Origin: a virus
Lineage: Duplodnaviria; Heunggongvirae; Uroviricota; Caudoviricetes
Strand: one strand, 5' to 3'
Length of the DNA stretch: 64,000 nucleotides
Virus record (IMG/VR): IMGVR_UViG_3300027156_000002
Shown: one piece after another, positions 46,833 to 53,851 of the stretch
Numbering within the stretch: position 1 is the first letter of the stretch
How the letters are laid out: every line of letters begins with the position of its first letter
Program-made: the position numbers and the translations under genes
The notes under the pieces: model-generated
Told to the model about the DNA's origin: nothing
Databases searched by the model: none
The model's input: only the letters and a program-made list of their open reading frames with translations

Positions 46833-47743
46833 TATATTCCTCTCAATAGGTTCATTACTCGATCTCTACTGCCAAGATAATCTACTTCAGTTTGCGGTGT
46901 AGTAATAAATCTTCGCTTTCTATTTTCTTCTTGCAACAGTGGTTCTGTTCTCCAAAAATATTCTGGATATCCTACATTTTTTGGTCTCCTGTCGCACCCC
47001 ATTATTCTTGCTTTATTAACTGCACTGTCGAAATTTAAATCATATTCTTTTATGTAGCTATAAACAATCTGCGGATTCCATTCCAGAAAGTTTATCGGCA
47101 TTTCTGGATTGAGTTGGTGACTAACTAAAAAAGGTAGGTGGGTGTAATAACCATCCTCAACGATCCTGTAGTCGTCATACTTATAAACATCCTGGCTAGT
47201 TTTCTTCATCTGCGATAAGACCAGATCTGGGTAATGTGTATAATTACCCGAACCTGTTGTCAAAACACCACCATTTTTCTTAGCATATTCAGCACACTGG
47301 TTTATCGCATATACACCTGGAAACCAACGCACACCAAACATGCGTGACTGTTTAATCAATCCATCACAGAATTGTTTGATTGATTGTTTAATTATTATTG
47401 GTTCTCTGTTATTCGCCTTACACCATTCAATAGCCCACCAAACATCTAGTTCGTTTAGATCTTCTGCTTTGAATATAATTGGTTGAAAGTGAATCTTGTT
47501 TCGTAGGAATGTATTTGCCACATACTCGGAGTCTATTCCTCCGCTCATTGCTACGTATATTTTACCGTAAGTTTGATATAATTCTTTTGCAACATTATCT
47601 GATGCTTGCGTAAAATTTATATCTTCTTTGGCTAATGATGTTGGTTTCAGCTTTACTGAGAATGTAGCACGCTGATTGACTATGCTGTAATCATAATGTA
47701 CCCAGTCGTCACTACCATAACGAAATTTCATGTTATTTTCCAA
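46832..47743 (-). CDS. PP-loop (adenine nucleotide alpha-hydrolase / asparagine-synthase-like) protein
   Basis: YVAMSGGIDSE PP-loop. Confidence 0.72.
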   Translation of the reverse strand: MENNMKFRYGSDDWVHYDYSIVNQRATFSVKLKPTSLAKEDINFTQASDNVAKELYQTYGKIYVAMSGGIDSEYVANTFLRNKIHFQPIIFKAEDLNELDVWWAIEWCKANNREPIIIKQSIKQFCDGLIKQSRMFGVRWFPGVYAINQCAEYAKKNGGVLTTGSGNYTHYPDLVLSQMKKTSQDVYKYDDYRIVEDGYYTHLPFLVSHQLNPEMPINFLEWNPQIVYSYIKEYDLNFDSAVNKARIMGCDRRPKNVGYPEYFWRTEPLLQEENRKRRFITTPQTEVDYLGSRDRVMNLLRGI

Positions 47744-48362
47744 ACAATGCTTTCCGTGCGTCTTTAAAATAAAAAGTTCCAGGATTATTAACTCTAAGTG
47801 TTAACATCGCACGATGCTGATTCGATTTGTTTACCCAACGATGCCATATATCTGTGTTGAACAATATAACATCATTTTGTTTAGCGCACATATGTTTAAC
47901 TGGTTTGTGTTTAGTTTCATCGAAATCATCAAACTCTCGTGAGTCGATTTTTTTCGCAGCTTTCACACCACCAACTTTATGTTTCTCGGTAAGGTCAACT
48001 AGATCTGGGGAATAACCTGGAGAGATAACATCTGGATACCAACTTGTAGTGCACTTATCATCAAGAACTTTAACAGCAAAGTTAATACTGATTCTGTGAT
48101 CTCTACCATCTTTATGCACAGGTGATTTATATCCACCATTTGTATAAAATATTGATACACGACGTTTCATTAAATCAAGATATGGAAGTAATTGTGTTTC
48201 TTCCAATATCTGTTGTCCTGTTTCGTCATCAAATGTCAGAAATCTATCATGATCGAATTTATAGTTTTCCAAATGGTAATTGCATAAGTCAATTACTTTC
48301 TGTGCTGCTGGATAAGTGAATCTAATATAATAAGGACTACAGTCCTCCAATATAGTAAACAT
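47733..48362 (-). CDS. Cupin/2OG-Fe(II) oxygenase-like protein
   Basis: VHKD..ISINF..FNTDIWHRWVN..RAMLTLR. Confidence 0.65.
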   Translation of the reverse strand: MFTILEDCSPYYIRFTYPAAQKVIDLCNYHLENYKFDHDRFLTFDDETGQQILEETQLLPYLDLMKRRVSIFYTNGGYKSPVHKDGRDHRISINFAVKVLDDKCTTSWYPDVISPGYSPDLVDLTEKHKVGGVKAAKKIDSREFDDFDETKHKPVKHMCAKQNDVILFNTDIWHRWVNKSNQHRAMLTLRVNNPGTFYFKDARKALFGK

Positions 48363-48363
48363 A

Positions 48364-49107
48364 CTACTCCTTTAATCGAACTCTAAATGCTAATGAGTAT
48401 CTAAAACATTCTGCCCATTCAGCTACAGGTCTGGTTGTGTGTAATGTCCTACCATCATAAAGGATGATTCGACCTGGAAGTGTTGGGATTGTTGCGTATG
48501 GGAAGCCAACAGAGAAACCTCTGGATTGTCCCCATCCTTTTTGGAACTGCTGATGATCGCCTGTTGGATCATCGTTCTCATAGAATATATTTTCACCGAA
48601 CCACGTTGGATGCCAAACTGGATTGGCTAGGTATAGTAACGTGTAGTTTCTGGTTTCATTCATATCGATGGTGTCACGATGAACACCATGAGATCTTTTA
48701 ATCTCTTCGTTACCTTGCACGTTCACATAAACACGCTGCAAGAAATTTGGATTATTTTTAGACCAGCATCCTTCTTTATCGCCATCAATGATGAATCTAT
48801 TACCGAGATGCTTGTTTATTTCTTTCCAGAGTTTGTAGATTGGTCGATGACGAAACTCTAAATCATTCTCAGAGTTGCCAAACGTAACCCTGTGCATGAA
48901 CTGACTATTCCATGATGGAAGGTCTTTATTGTTGTATTCTTTTTTGTTTTCTTCTGGGAAATATGTTACAACAGTGCCAACTTTTGGATAGTTGGCATCC
49001 TTCATCATGGCATAGTGCTCAAGTCCACGGATATATTTCCAAACTTCTTCTTGCTGCTGTTTTGATATCACATCATCGTGTACTTCGTACTTAAATTGTT
49101 TTTCCAT
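48364..49107 (-). CDS. 2OG-Fe(II) oxygenase (prolyl-hydroxylase-like)
   Basis: HRD..TLLYLAN..W.GE..F..PGRIILYDG..LH..RYSLAFR. Confidence 0.8.
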   Translation of the reverse strand: MEKQFKYEVHDDVISKQQQEEVWKYIRGLEHYAMMKDANYPKVGTVVTYFPEENKKEYNNKDLPSWNSQFMHRVTFGNSENDLEFRHRPIYKLWKEINKHLGNRFIIDGDKEGCWSKNNPNFLQRVYVNVQGNEEIKRSHGVHRDTIDMNETRNYTLLYLANPVWHPTWFGENIFYENDDPTGDHQQFQKGWGQSRGFSVGFPYATIPTLPGRIILYDGRTLHTTRPVAEWAECFRYSLAFRVRLKE

Positions 49108-49136
49108 AATATCCTCACATAGTAGTATACTACTAT

Positions 49137-49613
49137 TTATGCAGCTTGCATGAACGACTTATATCTGTCAGCAGCATATGATGCAGCAAATGCTTTTGGT
49201 TTCACCATAGGAACTACGTTACACATTCCTTTGATGTAACCAACTGCTTCGTTTATCACACAAGATGATCCATACATTTCATCTGGGTTAATATCCAAAT
49301 GAACTTGCACTTCTCTATCTTCTAGTACGTCATGAATTTTGGTGTATAGATCTGCAATCTTATAAACTTCATTCATAAGACGCATACGTGGTCTATCACG
49401 TTTCTGATCCCAGTCACGTTCACGTTGCACTTCACCAAAAATCTTACAGCCATTGTTTCCATTGATATGGACAACAACAACCATAATGTAATCTGCGTAC
49501 CAATCTTTTCCAATTAAAAATCGTTCAGAATCTCCACCGATATAAACTTTTGTTTCTGGAGTCTGTGCCATGATGAAATCTCTAACTTCATCAATGTCAA
49601 TTGCTTTACGCAT
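49137..49613 (-). CDS. RNase H-like protein, YkuK/DUF458 family
   Basis: VYIGGDS..RLMNEV..VHLDINP..KPKAFAASYAAD. Confidence 0.82.
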   Translation of the reverse strand: MRKAIDIDEVRDFIMAQTPETKVYIGGDSERFLIGKDWYADYIMVVVVHINGNNGCKIFGEVQRERDWDQKRDRPRMRLMNEVYKIADLYTKIHDVLEDREVQVHLDINPDEMYGSSCVINEAVGYIKGMCNVVPMVKPKAFAASYAADRYKSFMQAA

Positions 49614-49634
49614 ATTACACCTCTATTATTAGAA

Positions 49635-49708
49635 TGGAGCGGAGTGAGAGAATCGAACTCTCAACCGAAGATTGGAAATCTGCTGTTTTACCATTAAACT
49701 AACCCCGC
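49635..49708 (-). tRNA. tRNA-Gly(TCC)
   Basis: Cloverleaf; loop TT-TCC-AA; CCA encoded. Confidence 0.93.
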
Positions 49709-49710
49709 AT

Positions 49711-49790
49711 TGGGTGCAGGGTTTTCACCTGCTGCTAATCAAACCTTTCGGTGATTAATCTGCCACCTCTTTATATTCAGTGGACTTTTC
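49711..49790 (-). ncRNA. Putative small structured RNA ending in a T-arm-like hairpin plus ACCCA
   Basis: Hairpins CCAC/GTGG; TAATCA-ACC-GAAA-GGT-TGATTA; GCAGG-TGAAAAC-CCTGC-ACCCA. Confidence 0.4.
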
Positions 49791-49864
49791 TGGCATCCCG
49801 ATAGGGACTCGAACCCCAACCAACAGTTTTGGAGACTGCTATGCTGCCATTACACCATCGAGAC
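49791..49864 (-). tRNA. tRNA-Trp(CCA)
   Basis: Loop CT-CCA-AA; G73; CCA end. Confidence 0.92.
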
Positions 49865-49867
49865 ATT

Positions 49868-49943
49868 TGGTGCCCACGGAGAGACTCGAACTCCCGACCT
49901 CCTGATTACTAATCAGATGCTCTACCAACTGAGCTACGTGGGC
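49868..49943 (-). tRNA. tRNA-Thr(AGT), A34
   Basis: Stem TCTGA/TCAGG, loop TT-AGT-AA; canonical D and T arms; CCA end. Confidence 0.9.
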
Positions 49944-49947
49944 GATT

Positions 49948-50021
49948 TGGTGGAGGATGAGAGAATCGAACTCTCAATCTCGGCTTGCAAAGCCGATGTT
50001 ATCCCATTTAACTAATCCCCC
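49948..50021 (-). tRNA. tRNA-Ala(TGC)
   Basis: G3.U70; loop TT-TGC-AA. Confidence 0.93.
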
Positions 50022-50023
50022 AA

Positions 50024-50242
50024 TTATTTTGATCTTGGAGTAGTACAACTATCACTCCAAAGATCTTGTGCTTGTTTCTTATATTCTTCTAATTCATCAG
50101 CCATTTGCATAGTAGCTAATCTTTTTGCTTCTGACTTACTCACAACATCATCTCGTTGAAAGATTGCATTCCAACGATTATCATATTCATCTTGTGTTAC
50201 ACTAAATGGTCTTGGTTTACTTCCTTTGCCACCATCAGTCAT
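50024..50242 (-). CDS. Small hypothetical protein within the tRNA array
   Basis: MTDGGKGSKPRP..YDNRWNAIF motif. Confidence 0.6.
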   Translation of the reverse strand: MTDGGKGSKPRPFSVTQDEYDNRWNAIFQRDDVVSKSEAKRLATMQMADELEEYKKQAQDLWSDSCTTPRSK

Positions 50243-50367
50243 CTTCCTTGTCCCCTATATTTCTTGTGAGTCTTTTTAGATTTATTTAAGGTGCTTGTTT
50301 TACTTCCATTCTGGGAAGTTTTCTTAACAACTCTTTGATGCTTACTAACACTGCCTTTACCTGCCAT
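50239..50367 (-). CDS. Small basic protein (42 aa) ending KKYRGQGR
   Basis: Read manually; AAGGAGA SD; C-terminal motif familiar from T4-like phages. Confidence 0.6.
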   Translation of the reverse strand: MAGKGSVSKHQRVVKKTSQNGSKTSTLNKSKKTHKKYRGQGR

Positions 50368-50386
50368 GTTATCTCCTTTTATATAT

Positions 50387-50461
50387 TGGCTCCGAAGGGT
50401 GGGATCGAACCACCGACCAATTGATTAACAGTCAACTGCACTACCGCTGTGCTACTTCGGA
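50387..50461 (-). tRNA. tRNA-Asn(GTT)
   Basis: Loop CT-GTT-AA. Confidence 0.93.
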
Positions 50462-50469
50462 ATAAACTT

Positions 50470-50543
50470 TGGTGCCCCATGAGAGAATCGAACTCCCGTC
50501 CTCGGATTACAAAACCGATGTTCTACCATTTAACTAATAGGGC
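50470..50543 (-). tRNA. tRNA-Thr(TGT)
   Basis: Loop TT-TGT-AA. Confidence 0.92.
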
Positions 50544-50553
50544 TATTATATAT

Positions 50554-50630
<77 letters not shown>

Positions 50631-50637
50631 ATAAAAC

Positions 50638-50712
50638 TGGTGGTGATGGTTGGATTCGAGCCAACGACCTACTGCGTATGAAGCAGTTGCACTACCACTG
50701 TGCTACATCACC
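50638..50712 (-). tRNA. tRNA-CAT, probably elongator Met
   Basis: G1-C72 paired; loop TT-CAT-AC; Met versus Ile2 not certain. Confidence 0.8.
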
Positions 50713-50718
50713 GAAATT

Positions 50719-50801
50719 TGGTGCCCCAAGCGAGACTCGAACTCGCACACCGAAGTACTGGCTTCTAAGACCAGCGTGTCTACCAATTCCACCATCGGGG
50801 C
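50719..50801 (-). tRNA. tRNA-Leu(TAG)
   Basis: Loop CT-TAG-AA; long variable arm. Confidence 0.93.
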
Positions 50802-50804
50802 TAA

Positions 50805-50981
50805 CATTGTTGAAAGTACTGTTGTATGTTTAAGAGTCGGATAATAAAGACTCTCCTAATCGCATCGTTCACGTAGCGTCAGCAAGCTACTATTTCCTAG
50901 ATATCGGGCTGACTTGATTAGGATGGTGATCTTCCATAACAGTTTGGATTGCTTATTCTTTCGCACACACTTTCAACAATG
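50805..50981 (-). ncRNA. Putative structured RNA A (177 nt)
   Basis: 13-bp terminal helix CATTGTTGAAAGT/ACTTTCAACAATG; nested TCCTAATC/GATTAGGA and GTCAGC/GCTGAC. Confidence 0.6.
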
Positions 50982-51167
50982 CCCTCTGTCCCTACACAGA
51001 GAACCTTGTGTCTTGCTAATGTTGGACGACGATCCTCAGGTCTTGACATCCGTATGCGAAGTCCACCATCACTCGCATATTTTTAATGATGGGACTTACA
51101 CCCACCTCGCAGAAGTGTGGATAACAGAATAGGGATTATCTGTCATAGCCATTGCGGGACTAATTTC

Positions 51168-51241
51168 TGGTTGCGGATGATGGACTCGAACCACCAACTG
51201 CAGCGTATGAGACTGCTGAGATACCTTTTCTCTAATCCGCT
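51168..51241 (-). tRNA. tRNA-CAT, initiator (fMet)-like
   Basis: A1.A72 mismatch, A73; loop CT-CAT-AC. Confidence 0.8.
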
Positions 51242-51242
51242 A

Positions 51243-51602
51243 TTAACCTGCATTTCTCGTAATAAAATTCATTCGCATCTTACGAGAATCAAAAAACTTT
51301 TCTACTACACGTTTGACCACACTTGGATCAAACTCTTTACAACTAAACACATCTAGGTATATATGTCTATCGTGATCAATAAAATGTCCAGTGATAGATG
51401 ATGTAGTAATCAACTGCATCAAACTATACCCTTCTTTATCAGGATCTCCTGGACAAAGAAATTCAATAATTGGCTCACCATGAGCAACCATATCAATTTC
51501 CTTCACCAATGTCTTGACAAAATTATAAATGTTTTGCTTATCTTTGATCGAATCAACATCACATTCAGAACAATCAAGCATTAAGTGATAACCCCAATAC
51601 AT
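51243..51602 (-). CDS. speD: S-adenosylmethionine decarboxylase proenzyme (SpeD-like)
   Basis: GYHLMLD..GYSLMQLITTSSITGHF..YLDVFSC. Confidence 0.8.
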   Translation of the reverse strand: MYWGYHLMLDCSECDVDSIKDKQNIYNFVKTLVKEIDMVAHGEPIIEFLCPGDPDKEGYSLMQLITTSSITGHFIDHDRHIYLDVFSCKEFDPSVVKRVVEKFFDSRKMRMNFITRNAG

Positions 51603-51620
51603 ATTTTCCTTTCACTAACT

Positions 51621-51695
51621 TGGCGACTCGTGGGAGAATCGAACTCCCATGATCGGATAGACAATCCGACGTAATGACCATTATACGAACGAGCC
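51621..51695 (-). tRNA. tRNA-Asp(GTC)
   Basis: Loop TT-GTC-TA. Confidence 0.92.
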
Positions 51696-51703
51696 AAATA
51701 ATT

Positions 51704-51791
51704 TGGTGGGTGCTCTCCGATTCGAACAGAGAAGGCACTAAGACAAGAGATTTACAGTCTCCCCCCGATACCATTACGGGACTAAGCACCC
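51704..51791 (-). tRNA. tRNA-Tyr(GTA)
   Basis: Loop CT-GTA-AA; long variable arm. Confidence 0.9.
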
Positions 51792-51795
51792 ATGA

Positions 51796-51915
51796 TATTA
51801 GTTTTGCTGACGCACTATTTGCTATGCTCAACGGAATTAGCTGCAGCATTTACCGTTTATGTACATAGTTACTCAGGCATGATCAAGCCCATGGCTTACA
51901 TCAGCAAAACTAATA
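51796..51915 (-). ncRNA. Putative structured RNA B (120 nt)
   Basis: Perfect 15-bp terminal inverted repeat TATTAGTTTTGCTGA/TCAGCAAAACTAATA. Confidence 0.55.
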
Positions 51916-51919
51916 CCAC

Positions 51920-52146
51920 ATTTAATTGCACTGGGATGTTTGGCAACAACTACCACTCGGTAGCTAACCACGTCATCGTCTGACGATTGGTTCCCATCCA
52001 CATTACGTTCCAACTAACTCCAGCGTGACCACCGTATCCGTCCATAGACTTCGTTTCCATCTTTCCTGATACATGACGCACCCATCTCCGTCGAGACAGC
52101 CAATGCTCATGCATCCTACTGGTTTGGTAACCCAATGCAATTAAAT
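51920..52146 (-). ncRNA. Putative structured RNA C (227 nt)
   Basis: 16-bp terminal helix (ATTTAATTGCA-U.G-TGGG) with several internal hairpins. Confidence 0.55.
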
Positions 52147-52147
52147 C

Positions 52148-52222
52148 TGGTACACGATAGGAGAATCGAACTCCTCTTCCTGCCGTGAAAGGGCAGTGTC
52201 CTAACCGATAGACGAATCGTGC
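52148..52222 (-). tRNA. tRNA-Glu(TTC)
   Basis: Loop CT-TTC-AC. Confidence 0.93.
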
Positions 52223-52241
52223 ATTTCAATCAAGAACATTA

Positions 52242-52270
52242 ATTATACATGATACTTGAATTAAAGTAAA
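52242..52270 (-). promoter_or_regulatory. Internal sigma70-type promoter of the tRNA array
   Basis: TTTACT-TTAATTCA..-TATAAT, 17-bp spacer, 20 nt upstream of tRNA-Glu. Confidence 0.8.
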
Positions 52271-52292
52271 GCAATATTTTATTGCAACATCT

Positions 52293-52369
52293 TGGAGTGA
52301 GTGACAGGACTCGAACCTGCATGAAACGGATTTGCAATCCGTCGCCTAACCATTCAGCAGCACACTCAC
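52293..52369 (-). tRNA. tRNA-Cys(GCA)
   Basis: Loop TT-GCA-AA; U73. Confidence 0.92.
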
Positions 52370-52375
52370 ATATTC

Positions 52376-52454
52376 TGGTACCCCTGCTCAGATTCGAACT
52401 GAGAACAACTTCTCCTTTTGAGAGAGACGACTTTACCAATTTGTCCACAAGGGC
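52376..52454 (-). tRNA. tRNA-Leu(CAA)
   Basis: Loop CT-CAA-AA; short variable arm. Confidence 0.88.
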
Positions 52455-52456
52455 AT

Positions 52457-52531
52457 TGGTGGGCTGAGAGAGAATTGAACTCTCACTCAATCGATTATGA
52501 GTCGACTGCTTTACCATTAAGCTATCAGCCC
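52457..52531 (-). tRNA. tRNA-CAT, Ile2 (lysidine)-like
   Basis: GCAGTCGA-CT-CAT-AA-TCG context resembles bacterial Ile2. Confidence 0.78.
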
Positions 52532-52537
52532 AACAAC

Positions 52538-52612
52538 TGGCACCCCCACGAGGAATCGAACCTCGATTCGCAGTTTAGAAGACTGCTGCATTATCCATTA
52601 TACTATGGGGAT
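52538..52612 (-). tRNA. tRNA-Arg(TCT)
   Basis: Loop CT-TCT-AA. Confidence 0.92.
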
Positions 52613-52617
52613 AAACT

Positions 52618-52700
52618 TGGTGCGAATGGTCGGACTCGAACCGACAAGCCGAAGCGGGAGATTTTAAGTCTCCTGTGTTTACCAATTTCACCACACTCGC
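52618..52700 (-). tRNA. tRNA-Leu(TAA)
   Basis: Loop CT-TAA-AA; long variable arm. Confidence 0.93.
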
Positions 52701-52708
52701 AAAAACTT

Positions 52709-52798
52709 TGGCGGAAGATGTGAGAGTCGAACTCACTCAGCTGCTTTCACAACTGTACGGATTAGCAATCCGCTGCATTACCATCCTGCCCATCTTCC
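52709..52798 (-). tRNA. tRNA-Ser(GCT)
   Basis: Loop TT-GCT-AA; long variable arm. Confidence 0.93.
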
Positions 52799-52805
52799 AA
52801 AACTT

Positions 52806-52881
52806 TGGCACCCAATGAAGGAATCGAACCTCCACTTCTGCGTTCGTAGCACAGCGTGATCATCCATTTCACCAATCGGGT
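52806..52881 (-). tRNA. tRNA-Arg(ACG)
   Basis: Loop CT-ACG-AA. Confidence 0.92.
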
Positions 52882-52886
52882 AAATT

Positions 52887-52976
52887 TGGCGGAAGCGGTG
52901 AGATTCGAACTCACGGACCATTTCTGATCGTCTGTTTTCAAGACAGGTGCAATAAACCAGACTCTGCCACACTTCC
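52887..52976 (-). tRNA. tRNA-Ser(TGA)
   Basis: Loop CT-TGA-AA; long variable arm. Confidence 0.93.
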
Positions 52977-52981
52977 ATATT

Positions 52982-53057
52982 TGGTGGGACGTGAGAGACT
53001 CGAACTCCCGACAGCCTGCGTGTAAGGCAGGAACTCTACCAACTGAGTTAACGTCCC
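52982..53057 (-). tRNA. tRNA-Val(TAC)
   Basis: Loop CT-TAC-AC. Confidence 0.93.
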
Positions 53058-53065
53058 ATAATAAC

Positions 53066-53140
53066 TGGAGCAGGATATCGGGTTCGAACCGATGACATTT
53101 TCGTTGGCAACGAAACATTCTACCACTGAATTAATCCTGC
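53066..53140 (-). tRNA. tRNA-Gly(GCC)
   Basis: Loop TT-GCC-AA. Confidence 0.92.
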
Positions 53141-53147
53141 ATAAACT

Positions 53148-53222
53148 TGGTACCCGATAGTGGTAACGATCCACTCACCTATCGCTTATCAAGCGATTGC
53201 TCTACCACTGAGCTAATCGGGT
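53148..53222 (-). tRNA. tRNA-Ile(GAT), atypical T-loop
   Basis: Loop TT-GAT-AA; T-loop ATCGTTA. Confidence 0.88.
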
Positions 53223-53223
53223 A

Positions 53224-53299
53224 TGGTGCTGCCTAGTAGAATCGAACTACTTTCCGAGGTTCTTCAGACCCCTGCTATGACCACATCAGCTAAAGCAGC
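53224..53299 (-). tRNA. tRNA-Phe(GAA)
   Basis: Loop CT-GAA-GA. Confidence 0.9.
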
Positions 53300-53301
53300 A
53301 T

Positions 53302-53377
53302 TGGGGTGTTTAATGAGGATTGAACTCATACTATCTCGGTCACAGCGAGATGTGCAGACCACTACACTATAAACACC
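53302..53377 (-). tRNA. tRNA-His(GTG)
   Basis: G-1:C73 encoded; loop CT-GTG-AC. Confidence 0.92.
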
Positions 53378-53387
53378 ATAGTAACTT

Positions 53388-53461
53388 TGGTAGGAGCACA
53401 GAGAATTGAACTCTGATTTGCTGGTTAAAAGCCAGCTACTTTACCATTAAGTTATACTCCC
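53388..53461 (-). tRNA. tRNA-Lys(TTT)
   Basis: Loop CT-TTT-AA. Confidence 0.93.
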
Positions 53462-53545
53462 ATATTAAAACACACTACATCCAGTCCACGGACACTCTTG
53501 CGAATGCGACTCATACTTACAGACCCACTGCAATATGTTTTAATA
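53462..53545 (-). ncRNA. Putative structured RNA D in the Gln-Lys spacer
   Basis: 12-bp inverted repeat CATATTAAAACA/TGTTTTAATATG abutting both tRNAs; internal GCATTC-GCAA-GAGTGT GNRA hairpin. Confidence 0.45.
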
Positions 53546-53619
53546 TGGCACCCGAAATAAGAATCGAACTTATACTAACAGAGTCAAAGTCTGCTGTGCT
53601 ACCACTACACCATTCGGGA
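53546..53619 (-). tRNA. tRNA-Gln(TTG)
   Basis: Loop CT-TTG-AC; U1.U72. Confidence 0.9.
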
Positions 53620-53664
53620 ACATTTGGTACGCAAATTTTTAAAGAACAGATGGGACGATGCCCT

Positions 53665-53705
53665 AAAAACAAAAAACCCCTGGATTTTCATCGCAGGGGT
53701 TTTGG
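53665..53705 (-). terminator. Intrinsic terminator (attenuator) upstream of the tRNA array
   Basis: AAAACCCCTG-CGATGAAAATC-CAGGGGTTTT followed by TTGTTTTT. Confidence 0.85.
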
Positions 53706-53744
53706 AAAACAAACTTTGTATTAGTTTACTTTACAAAACCCCCA
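53694..53744 (-). promoter_or_regulatory. Antiterminator hairpin overlapping the leader-peptide end and the terminator 5' arm
   Basis: TGGGGGTTTTG-T-AAAGTAAACT [AATACAA] AGTTTGTTTT-C-CAAAACCCCTG: about 21 pairs (4 G.U) with one mismatch. Confidence 0.75.
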
Positions 53745-53845
53745 GTGTCTAACTCAATCGCAAATGTATACTGTGGGCGTGAGCATGACCATCCACTATT
53801 AAGTGGTAGATGCTTTCTGCCTAAGGATATCATTTTCGAGTTCAT
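53726..53845 (-). CDS. Leader peptide containing all 20 amino acids (putative attenuator sensor)
   Basis: MNSKMISLGRKHLPLNSGWSCSRPQYTFAIELDTGGFVK*; the ATG lies 7 nt past the -10 hexamer (leaderless). Confidence 0.7.
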   Translation of the reverse strand: MNSKMISLGRKHLPLNSGWSCSRPQYTFAIELDTGGFVK

Positions 53846-53851
53846 GTAAGA

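Noticed and set aside
49775-49790. GAAAAGTCC resembling the RNase P RNA GAGGAAAGUCC motif
   Set aside because: The spacer is only about 80 nt and no other RNase P conserved regions are present.
51960-51975. CGTGGTTAG (minus strand) resembling the 5' end of pistol ribozymes
   Set aside because: The pairing partner and downstream consensus are missing.
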